Of a stretch of DNA of 64,000 nucleotides, positions 49,469 to 57,696 are shown piece after piece. Under the pieces are notes generated by a model. It ran no database searches, was not told the DNA's origin, and was given only the letters and a program-made list of their open reading frames with translations. The stretch is from a virus. Lineage: Duplodnaviria > Caudoviricetes. The first letter of the stretch is position 1; each line of letters begins with the position of its first letter. Location of the stretch: IMG/VR virus record IMGVR_UViG_3300017766_003924, positions 1 through 64,000 of that record; one strand, written 5' to 3'. The position numbers and the translations under genes are program-made.

Positions 49469-49813
49469 ATGAATATTAATAAATTAATAGCAGAGCAATA
49501 CAGCAAACTTAACCTCAGAAGAGTTAAGCTTAAGTCTGATCCCGCTAACCTAGCTTCGTGCTATGAAGGTTATGTACTTGAAGAGTGTGCGGGTGAGGTT
49601 AAGATCATTATCATAACTAATCCTCCTCCTGCTAGTGCAGTTAATGGTATAGTAACTACCACACCAGATAAGATAGAAGATGTTGAAGCGGGTATAGCTT
49701 CTGATAATCCAGTATTACAGCAAGTTAATAACACCGACAATGATGAATTTAAAACGGAGTATTTGAAAAATGATACTTCAATCCCTAATCTGAAAAAATT
49801 ACTTCAAAAATAA
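49469..49813 (+). CDS. Hypothetical late protein with leader
   Basis: MNINKLIAE leader; TAAATA 5 nt upstream. Confidence 0.65.
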   Translation: MNINKLIAEQYSKLNLRRVKLKSDPANLASCYEGYVLEECAGEVKIIIITNPPPASAVNGIVTTTPDKIEDVEAGIASDNPVLQQVNNTDNDEFKTEYLKNDTSIPNLKKLLQK

Positions 49814-50322
49814 TGAAAGTAGGTATTATACCTGGTGCCTTTAAGCCCCCTCATAAGGGACACTTCTTAGCAGCACAAAAAGCTGCAGATGAGAATGATA
49901 TGGTTTATATTCTTATCTCATCAAAGGAGCGAGATGGTATAACTGGTAAGCAGTCTTACGATGTATGGGATACATATCGTAATGAATTAACTAACATCAT
50001 ACCGATAATTTGTAAAGTAACACCAGTAAGAGATACATATGAAATGATAGAAGAGTGGAATGCAGACTCAAACTATCATCATTATCAGATATCCTTATAT
50101 GCTGATAAAGAGGATCAAGATAGATTTAAGAGCATTTCAAAATATAGTGGTAACCTAAAGTCTGTAATTCTAAAAGAATCAGAACGAGTTCTTTCAGGCA
50201 CTCTAGTTAGAGAGCATCTCTCTCAAGGAATTATTGAAAATCTTCAAAATGATTTTCCACCACAATTTAATCTGAATAATATATTGAAATTGTTAAATGT
50301 GACATGTACAATTAGTGCATGA
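49813..50322 (+). CDS. HxGH-class nucleotidyltransferase (cytidylyltransferase-like)
   Basis: IPGAFKPPHKGH, ISSKERDG, LSGTLVRE. Confidence 0.85.
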   Translation: MKVGIIPGAFKPPHKGHFLAAQKAADENDMVYILISSKERDGITGKQSYDVWDTYRNELTNIIPIICKVTPVRDTYEMIEEWNADSNYHHYQISLYADKEDQDRFKSISKYSGNLKSVILKESERVLSGTLVREHLSQGIIENLQNDFPPQFNLNNILKLLNVTCTISA

Positions 50323-52304
50323 ATTTTAACAAGACAATGTACATCATGAGAGGGGTACCCGGATCAGGTAAATCCACCCTTGCGCATAATATTGCACCTA
50401 AAGAGTGCATCTTCTCTACAGATGACTTTTGGGGGCCTTTGTATGAATTCGACATTACCCGTCTCGGAGAAGCTCATAGGTGGAACGAGCAGCGCGTTAA
50501 AGATGCTGCTCTTGCAAATCTTACACCTATTGTAGTAGATAATACCAATATTCTTAAAAGAGCAGTAGACGTCTACGTTGAAATTGCAAAAGAGAACGGA
50601 TATACAGTAGTAATTGCTGAATCTTTTGATCCATTATGGTCTGAATTTAAAGGTCTTGCACGGAGGTATAATGATCCTACGATACATGGACTAACTCTTG
50701 ATGAGATGGCTCGTATTAATGCCCGCCGTGAATACATAATTGATGTATTTGCTAAACGCAATATTCACAATGTACCAAAAATCACCATTGAGAACATGCT
50801 TGATAGGTATGAAGCTATTGAATTCACCGACATAGTCAGGCCATATTCTGATACAGCTTTTGAGTTTAGAGACTTTTTAAAGGCATACAACAATACTTTA
50901 TTGTCCAATGCTTTTGATTTCTTATTTTCTCTCAAATTCTCATTTCCAAAGCATGATGCATATATCGTAGGTGGATGTGTAAGGGACATCTTATTAGGTC
51001 TTCCTATTAAAGATGTTGATATTTGTACAAATATACCCGTTCAAGATCTCGTACATAAGTTTCATTGTCACGATATCGGTAAATCAAAAGATTTTGGAAT
51101 TGTGACAGTTACTTGGAAGCCTGGTGTAACCTTTGAAGTGTCTCACTTTCGTGAAGAATTTGGTACCTCGAACAATCGGCATCCAGATAATGTACATTTA
51201 ATTGAGAGTTTCAAAGGTGATACTACCCGGAGAGACTTTACTATTAATAGCATGGGTATTAATGTTTATGGTGTTTTAGTTGATTTCAATAATGGATTAA
51301 CTAATTTAAATAACCATATTCTCCGCTGTGTAGGTAACCCAGTAGATCGCTTCACTGAAGATGCATTACGCATCTTGAGATGTATTCGGTTTGCAGCTGT
51401 ATACAATCTGAATATTGACCCTAAGACTTGTGAAGGTATCTGGCAAACAAAACATTTATTGCGTAACATATCTCAAGAGAGGATTACTGATGAATTGTTT
51501 AAGGTTGCAGAATCAGGACCTGCTCTTGCTACGTTTATTACTCAGCTTGATGTATTTGGTATACTCGACATTCTATTTCCTGAAGTAGCAAATTTTAAGG
51601 GATACATGCATAATGGAATTCACCATCCTGAAGGTGGTCAAACTCTTTATGGTGCATTCTCGGTAATGGGTCACGTTATTGAAGTATTAAAAGCAAGTAA
51701 GACTAATAACCCCCTTTATAACGTTGCAGCATTATTCCATGACATTGGTAAGCCCTCTGCATATAGATTAAAAGATGGTAAGCATACGTATTACGGTCAC
51801 GAGACTCGCGGAGAGCAGATGTTTGCAGAAATTGGAACAAGATTAAAGCTGGCTAACACCCAGATTAATTTAATTCAGTTTTGCTGCGGGAAGCACATGT
51901 TAGTGCATAATCTTGATACCCTTTCACTCAAGACGCTAATTCCTTTAATTCAGTCTGAGTTTTGGCCTGCATTAAAAGAAGTGTCATATATGGATGAAGC
52001 ATCGCGCGGATCAACACACTTTGATATAAATGAGTTCAACAAGCGAATCTCTGATGCAGAAGAAAAGGTAAGATTTGCATCTGCAGGTCAGGATTTCAAT
52101 AAGACTTTAAGAGAGTACGTTACTGGAGAAAGAGTCCTTCAAGTAGTACCCGAAATTAGTATTACTAAGAAGTATATCGGGTTAGTACTCCAGAAAGTTA
52201 AAGATGTTATAATCTCAAAAATTGAGAAGAAAGAAGAGATAACTAAAGAATTTGTTGATGAACAAATTAAAATAGCATATACTTCCATTTGTAATGAACA
52301 GTGA
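50319..52304 (+). CDS. cca: Fusion of P-loop polynucleotide-kinase-like domain, class II CCA-adding/poly(A) nucleotidyltransferase and HD domain
   Basis: MRGVPGSGKST, STDDF, VDNTN; YIVGGCVRD..LG..IKDVDI, RRDFTINSM, EDALRILRCIRF; FHDIGKP, YYGHE. Confidence 0.9.
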   Translation: MNFNKTMYIMRGVPGSGKSTLAHNIAPKECIFSTDDFWGPLYEFDITRLGEAHRWNEQRVKDAALANLTPIVVDNTNILKRAVDVYVEIAKENGYTVVIAESFDPLWSEFKGLARRYNDPTIHGLTLDEMARINARREYIIDVFAKRNIHNVPKITIENMLDRYEAIEFTDIVRPYSDTAFEFRDFLKAYNNTLLSNAFDFLFSLKFSFPKHDAYIVGGCVRDILLGLPIKDVDICTNIPVQDLVHKFHCHDIGKSKDFGIVTVTWKPGVTFEVSHFREEFGTSNNRHPDNVHLIESFKGDTTRRDFTINSMGINVYGVLVDFNNGLTNLNNHILRCVGNPVDRFTEDALRILRCIRFAAVYNLNIDPKTCEGIWQTKHLLRNISQERITDELFKVAESGPALATFITQLDVFGILDILFPEVANFKGYMHNGIHHPEGGQTLYGAFSVMGHVIEVLKASKTNNPLYNVAALFHDIGKPSAYRLKDGKHTYYGHETRGEQMFAEIGTRLKLANTQINLIQFCCGKHMLVHNLDTLSLKTLIPLIQSEFWPALKEVSYMDEASRGSTHFDINEFNKRISDAEEKVRFASAGQDFNKTLREYVTGERVLQVVPEISITKKYIGLVLQKVKDVIISKIEKKEEITKEFVDEQIKIAYTSICNEQ

Positions 52305-53313
52305 AAGTCTAAATGAAAAGGGTGCCTTTAAGCATCTACCTAGAGAGCGTCAACCTGAGAGAATTCCTACACCTTTAATACGCAGTGTAATTAAGGATGT
52401 AGACAATGAATTCACTTCAGTGGGAACATGCTACTTTATTGATGAAGAAAAGAAAGCGCGCGCATGCGGAAAGTCTACGATTGGAGACTTAGATGTTTTG
52501 TTTGTTCCCTTTAATACAGATTGGAGACAGCAAATAACTAACTCTCAAAAGGTAAGCGATTTTGTATCTAATGGTCATCAATTAATGACTGTTTATAATG
52601 TATTTGGTGAAAAATACATGGTAGACTTCATTAGTATTTCGCATACCAAGTTAGAGTTTAACCTATTTTACTTCTCATATGGAACCACCCTCTCTGCCTG
52701 CTTAGGTTCATTTGCTCGCTCTATCGGATATAAATGGACGAATGAAGGCCTTTTTAAAAGAGTGAAGGATAAGAAGGGAAATTGGCATAATATCTTTTTA
52801 ACTGATAAAGTTATTACAGCACTTAACATTTTAGGTTTAAGTCTACCATACCCTAATGTTGATGACCTCTTTACATGGCAAGGTGTTGCCAACTTTATTA
52901 CTTCATCGACCCGGTTTAATCACAAATTATGGTCAAATGGTAATCGAGAAGTAACAAATGCAGTTATACCTCTAAATAAGAACGCACGTGAAGCAATTGA
53001 GAAAAAGCCCGAGACTCTTAATGCAGTCATTCAAATTGCTTTTACATGCAAGGCTGTAGAACCACCTTTAGATATGTGGCATTTTGAGAGGATTATACTT
53101 TCTGAGGATAAAATTGACGAGATTTTAGAAGATATCAACTTTATTGAAAAGATCGACAGAGCTATAACCGGTCACGATGTAATAGAGACATTGAAAATTT
53201 CTCACGGGCCAACGATTGGTAAAATTCTCAAGGATGTAAACGAAAAATTCACAGAAAACCAAAAAGAAGAAGCAATCCAGTGGCTTTTAAATAATCGACA
53301 CTTATATTCTTAA
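52294..53313 (+). CDS. Pol-beta/PolX-like nucleotidyltransferase with a CCA-enzyme-like C-terminal tail
   Basis: GDLDVL catalytic motif, VDFI, ARSIGYKW.NEGL; C-terminal ITGHDVI..LKISHGPTIGKIL. Confidence 0.65.
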   Translation: MNSESLNEKGAFKHLPRERQPERIPTPLIRSVIKDVDNEFTSVGTCYFIDEEKKARACGKSTIGDLDVLFVPFNTDWRQQITNSQKVSDFVSNGHQLMTVYNVFGEKYMVDFISISHTKLEFNLFYFSYGTTLSACLGSFARSIGYKWTNEGLFKRVKDKKGNWHNIFLTDKVITALNILGLSLPYPNVDDLFTWQGVANFITSSTRFNHKLWSNGNREVTNAVIPLNKNAREAIEKKPETLNAVIQIAFTCKAVEPPLDMWHFERIILSEDKIDEILEDINFIEKIDRAITGHDVIETLKISHGPTIGKILKDVNEKFTENQKEEAIQWLLNNRHLYS

Positions 53314-53322
53314 TTATACGAT

Positions 53323-54078
53323 ATGAAAGAAGACTTTTTGTTACTCGCAGGTGTTAACAATGAACCAGAGATTTTTTATACTCTAGAGGGAGAAGGCAAA
53401 TATGTCGGCAAACCTTCTGTTTTCATGAGACTCTTCGGATGTAATCTAACATGTAAGGGATTTGCATCTCCCGGTTCACCACACGGATGTGACAGTTATA
53501 TCTCATGGTCGGTAAAGAATAGAGTAAGCTTCGATCAGCTCTTTGAAATCTTCGAAAAGCAAGGCTTTGTTCAGAACTTTATTGATGACCATGCAATATT
53601 TAAAATCACTGGTGGTGAACCTTTTATTAGAGAGAAGCCATTGATAGAATTTGTCAAAGCATTTAGAGAAAAATATGGATTTTTACCTCATATTGACTTT
53701 GAAACTAACGGAACTATAGTACCTAATGAATTCTGGGATAGAGAAGCAATGGCAACATTTACTGTCTCACCTAAGTTAGCATCTAATGGTGATCCCTATA
53801 TAAAGAGATACAATGAAAAGGCATTAGAGTTTCACTCTTTAGCAAATTCTTGCTTCAAATTTGTAGTAAAGTCTGAAGCAGACATTCAAGAAATTGAAGA
53901 TAATTACATCACACCTTTTAATTTGATGAGGAGTAAAGTGTATTTGATGCCCTGCTGCGGTAGTCGTGAAGAATTGATTCAAAACTGCACGCAAACTGCA
54001 GAATGGTGTAAGAAGTATGGCTATAGCTTTAGTTCACGATTACACTTAATGTTGTGGGATAAAGCTCTTAGAGTATAA
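53323..54078 (+). CDS. queE: 7-carboxy-7-deazaguanine synthase QueE (radical SAM)
   Basis: EIFYTLEGEG..VG.PSVFMRLFGCNLTC...CDS (insert in the Cys motif), ITGGEP, ETNGT, VSPKL. Confidence 0.93.
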   Translation: MKEDFLLLAGVNNEPEIFYTLEGEGKYVGKPSVFMRLFGCNLTCKGFASPGSPHGCDSYISWSVKNRVSFDQLFEIFEKQGFVQNFIDDHAIFKITGGEPFIREKPLIEFVKAFREKYGFLPHIDFETNGTIVPNEFWDREAMATFTVSPKLASNGDPYIKRYNEKALEFHSLANSCFKFVVKSEADIQEIEDNYITPFNLMRSKVYLMPCCGSREELIQNCTQTAEWCKKYGYSFSSRLHLMLWDKALRV

Positions 54079-54084
54079 AATAAT

Positions 54085-54348
54085 ATGTTGGAACAAACCC
54101 TTGGCCTTTTAATGACAGCAGGATTCTTTGTATCCTTTTTACCACAAATAATAAAGAGTGTACAGACAAAAAGTACTGAAGATATAAGTTACTTATTTTT
54201 AATCCTATACACCTTTTCTAACTTTTGCGGTATTGCATATACAGCATGTCAAAAGGAGCTCTTTTTATGGTGGATGATAAGTTATATTAGCGGAGCCTTT
54301 ATGGGAATGTTTTTAGTACTTTTAAAATTTTTCAACGACGATAAATAG
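54085..54348 (+). CDS. SemiSWEET / PQ-loop transporter
   Basis: 87 aa, three hydrophobic helices, FLPQIIKSVQTKSTEDIS. Confidence 0.85.
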   Translation: MLEQTLGLLMTAGFFVSFLPQIIKSVQTKSTEDISYLFLILYTFSNFCGIAYTACQKELFLWWMISYISGAFMGMFLVLLKFFNDDK

Positions 54349-54352
54349 AATT

Positions 54353-55024
54353 ATGATTATATCAGCAACTGGAACTCAATGTATAGGTAAAACTACTTTC
54401 ATTACCGACTTCAAAAATACCTGGAAGAACTATAAGTCTCCAGAAAAGTCTTACCGAGACTTCTTAAAAGCAAAAGACATCGCTCATTCTGAGAATGCGA
54501 CTAAAGAAACTCAAGAAGCAATTCTTGACTCTATTGTAGAGTGCTACAGTCAGTATGATCGAAGAGTAGATAATGTTATTATTGATCGATGCCCGATTGA
54601 CAATCTTGCATATACTCTTTGGCTCTATGAAAATGGTAAGGGTGGTATCGATGATAAGTTTATTGAACAATCCTTAGCTAAGTGCCAAGAATGTCTGCGC
54701 AAGATTGATGTTATATTTTTCTTCCCTATAACCGGAGTAGCCCCTGTTGAATTGGTTTCCGATGGATTTAGAAGTATTGATCCAGTTTTTCGTAGCGATA
54801 TAGATATGATTCTTAAAGCTATTGGCCGTGAATGGCAAAAGGAAAATTCTAAGTTTTACGTACCTGATGATAAGCCTGCATGGATTGAAATATTTGGAAA
54901 ACCATTCGAAAGAATTGAAATGGTTAAGCTCTATCTCGATGCAGATGGGGATGTTCATGAATCTTCCGGTATTTTAGATCCTTACGAGACTCAAAACCTC
55001 GAAAGAGAGTTAGTTTCTAAATAA
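54353..55024 (+). CDS. Nucleoside/nucleotide monophosphate kinase-like P-loop protein
   Basis: GTQCIGKTT, IIDRCPIDNLAYT, DGFR. Confidence 0.8.
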   Translation: MIISATGTQCIGKTTFITDFKNTWKNYKSPEKSYRDFLKAKDIAHSENATKETQEAILDSIVECYSQYDRRVDNVIIDRCPIDNLAYTLWLYENGKGGIDDKFIEQSLAKCQECLRKIDVIFFFPITGVAPVELVSDGFRSIDPVFRSDIDMILKAIGREWQKENSKFYVPDDKPAWIEIFGKPFERIEMVKLYLDADGDVHESSGILDPYETQNLERELVSK

Positions 55025-55036
55025 ATATAGGTAGAT

Positions 55037-55240
55037 ATGAATGAATTTAATCAGAAGGCATCTAAAGTTCTAAATGAGCAGTTTAAGTCTATAAAGCATA
55101 CAAAGCGTGTGTTTTATCCTCGTAACTTTAATGTTTCTGATGAGTTCATCAATGCCCTCAAGAAGGAATTCGTTAAGCACAAGACTACTAAAGCAGAATT
55201 CCTCGTAAGATTAAAAAAGGCGTTAGACTTTCACATCTAA
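55037..55240 (+). CDS. Small hypothetical late protein with leader
   Basis: MNEFNQKASKVLNE leader; TAAATA 9 nt upstream. Confidence 0.6.
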   Translation: MNEFNQKASKVLNEQFKSIKHTKRVFYPRNFNVSDEFINALKKEFVKHKTTKAEFLVRLKKALDFHI

Positions 55241-55264
55241 CGCCTCCCTAGTCTGATCTTAGGG

Positions 55265-55936
55265 TTATTTCTTAATTGTTTTTAGAACAGTAATGATATG
55301 CTTGAGAATTTCACTTCTCTTGATATCTTCTTCAGTAAATCTGAATACATGTATACCTTTCTCAACATTCTCAGGGGTATCGAATGCATCTAATACCTTC
55401 TTAAAGCCAGAGTGAGAACCGATATCTGCTTGCATCGTGTCACCAATTACAAACACTTTGCTATTTTCACCAATTCGTGTCAATACAGTTTGAAGTTCAT
55501 CAAAATAATTATTTTGAGCTTCATCAACAATAACTACATTATTAGTAAAGGTACTCCCTCTCAAGTAGTTTACGGGCATACACTTTACCTTCTCATCAAT
55601 AAACAGCTTTGCAGCAATTTCTTTATTGACTAATTCATCCATCTTATCCAAGAGAGGGATAGTCCAAGGTTTAAATTTATCAGTTTCTGCACCTGGTAAT
55701 ATACCAAATTGTTTGTGTGCACTTTCTACTATAGATCGTATATAAAGTAAATGATCATAGCGTTTTTCAGAGAGATACTTTAGTGCAACATATACCGCTA
55801 AGAATGTTTTTGCTGCTCCTGCAGGTCCATCTATGAAGATAAGTTTAGTAGATTCATCCATTGCCACCCTCAGAAATGCATTCTGAGTGTCCGTAAATTT
55901 ATAAGGTTTTTTAACCTCAAATTTTGGTTTTGACAT
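55265..55936 (-). CDS. phoH: PhoH family protein
   Basis: GPAGAAKT (variant Walker A), G.LPG, YLRGSTF, DEAQN, TRIGENSK..IGD..QAD. Confidence 0.93.
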   Translation of the reverse strand: MSKPKFEVKKPYKFTDTQNAFLRVAMDESTKLIFIDGPAGAAKTFLAVYVALKYLSEKRYDHLLYIRSIVESAHKQFGILPGAETDKFKPWTIPLLDKMDELVNKEIAAKLFIDEKVKCMPVNYLRGSTFTNNVVIVDEAQNNYFDELQTVLTRIGENSKVFVIGDTMQADIGSHSGFKKVLDAFDTPENVEKGIHVFRFTEEDIKRSEILKHIITVLKTIKK

Positions 55937-56030
55937 CTACAAATATTTAATGTAACTCTCTCCAGGCTTAATGTAAATATGTAAAATAATTTTCATAGCA
56001 TTATTTGGAAATTTGTATATAATAATTGAT

Positions 56031-56873
56031 ATGAACGTCGGATTAGTAATAGTGACATACAATCGTCCTGAGTATTTCAGACAAGTCTTAAGATCAATAA
56101 TTGACACAGATTGTGGAGATGTCCTTAACAACATCGTAATTGTAAATGATGGTACACCTTACCCTCATTGTAAAGAATTATTTGAGATAGGAGAGTGGAA
56201 AGATGATATGGCTAATAGCTTCTGTAAAACTACTACTCTTAATCACAAACGCAATTTTGGCGTTGCTACTGCAAAAAATAATGGATTGAGAGAACTTTAC
56301 CATAAGACAGATGTAGAACACTTTTTTGTTATTGAGGATGACATATTAATTAAGAATAAAGATGTGTTTACTGCATATATTGAAGCAAGTGATATTTCAG
56401 GATTAAAGCACTTCTGTTATGCATTACACGGACCAGCCAATAAGTTAAATAAGAAAGCAAACCCAAAGCTCACACTGAACTATAAAGATGGTGTTAGTGT
56501 TAGCCTCTATGAACATTGTGTAGGTGCATTCTGCTATTATCATAGGTCTGTATTTGATAAAGTAGGGTTTATGGACGAGAAACTTGTCAATGCCTGGGAA
56601 CATTGCCTTCATACCTATGAAATTTATAAAGAAGGTTTATGTACACCCTTTTGGTGGATTCCTGATATAACCGATTCTGAAAAATATCTCTCTGAAATTG
56701 CATGTTCAGAAGATAGCTCAGTAATTAGACCTCGTGAAGATTGGCGTACTAATATTTCAAAAGGCGCAGAGAGAGTTAAAGGACTCATAGGCTATTATCC
56801 CTGGGAAATTCCTGTTGAAAGAGAAGAAATAGTAATCGGTCAACTCAAGAATATGAAATTAAATGAAAAGTAA
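56031..56873 (+). CDS. GT2-like glycosyltransferase
   Basis: IVTYNRPEYF, VIVNDG, GVATAKNNG, VIEDD, GFMDE; ATG at 56031 preferred over TTG 56013. Confidence 0.85.
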   Translation: MNVGLVIVTYNRPEYFRQVLRSIIDTDCGDVLNNIVIVNDGTPYPHCKELFEIGEWKDDMANSFCKTTTLNHKRNFGVATAKNNGLRELYHKTDVEHFFVIEDDILIKNKDVFTAYIEASDISGLKHFCYALHGPANKLNKKANPKLTLNYKDGVSVSLYEHCVGAFCYYHRSVFDKVGFMDEKLVNAWEHCLHTYEIYKEGLCTPFWWIPDITDSEKYLSEIACSEDSSVIRPREDWRTNISKGAERVKGLIGYYPWEIPVEREEIVIGQLKNMKLNEK

Positions 56874-57696
56874 TATTACTCACATATTTCATGTAAGACT
56901 TGATACGGAAGAAAGACGTCAAAACCTTATCAACATTATTGTCTTCTTTAGTAAGTATTCTAAAGAAAATGACATACCCTTTATCTTTATTGAAGATGAT
57001 ACAGAACCGAGATTTAAAGAAGTATATGATACATACTGTCATTATCTCTCTCCTAATAGTGACTATAGATTTCGTCTAAATGAAGGTATTTGGCAGAAGT
57101 GTAAATCATTTAATTATGGTCTCTCACTCGTTAAGACAGACTATGCTGTCTTTCATGATGTAGATGCAATTTTAAATCCTCAACAAATTTTCGATTCTGT
57201 TACTGAATTACAATCAGACTCTGAAGCTTGTTTATGCTATCCGTATAATGGATATTTTATATGCTTATCATTTAAGCTTAAGCGAGAGTTTGAAAATGAA
57301 GGTTATCAAATATCAACTCTTTTGAGTCATTATAAACCAGGAATGCCAGTAAATTGGCAAGATGAAAACATCTTAGTAGGTCACTATAATTCTGTGGGTG
57401 GATGTGTTGTAGCAAAAGTAGATCTTTTCCGTAAGTGTGGAGGCTATAATGAAAACTTTATTGGTTGGGGATATGAAGATAATGAAATCGGTCATAGGGT
57501 GTATGGTCTCGGATATAAGGTTGTAAGGCTTTCAGATCTTAATTCACCACTCTTTCATATGCCCCATAGCGGTGAAGGTGCATCTCCTCGAGAACATAAT
57601 CCTTATTACGAACACAATCGTGCAGAATGCACTAAGATTGAGAAAATGGGATTTTCAGAATTAAAAGAATATATACAAACTTGGAAAAATGAATAA
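56863..57696 (+). CDS. Glycosyltransferase with GT7-like (galactosyltransferase) C-terminal motif
   Basis: KSFNYG, FHDVD, GGYNENFIGWGYED. Confidence 0.88.
   Translation: MKSNITHIFHVRLDTEERRQNLINIIVFFSKYSKENDIPFIFIEDDTEPRFKEVYDTYCHYLSPNSDYRFRLNEGIWQKCKSFNYGLSLVKTDYAVFHDVDAILNPQQIFDSVTELQSDSEACLCYPYNGYFICLSFKLKREFENEGYQISTLLSHYKPGMPVNWQDENILVGHYNSVGGCVVAKVDLFRKCGGYNENFIGWGYEDNEIGHRVYGLGYKVVRLSDLNSPLFHMPHSGEGASPREHNPYYEHNRAECTKIEKMGFSELKEYIQTWKNE

Noticed and set aside
55241-55264. Possible bidirectional terminator between convergent genes
   Set aside because: Only a weak, interrupted ccct/aggg stem with no U-tract; insufficient support.
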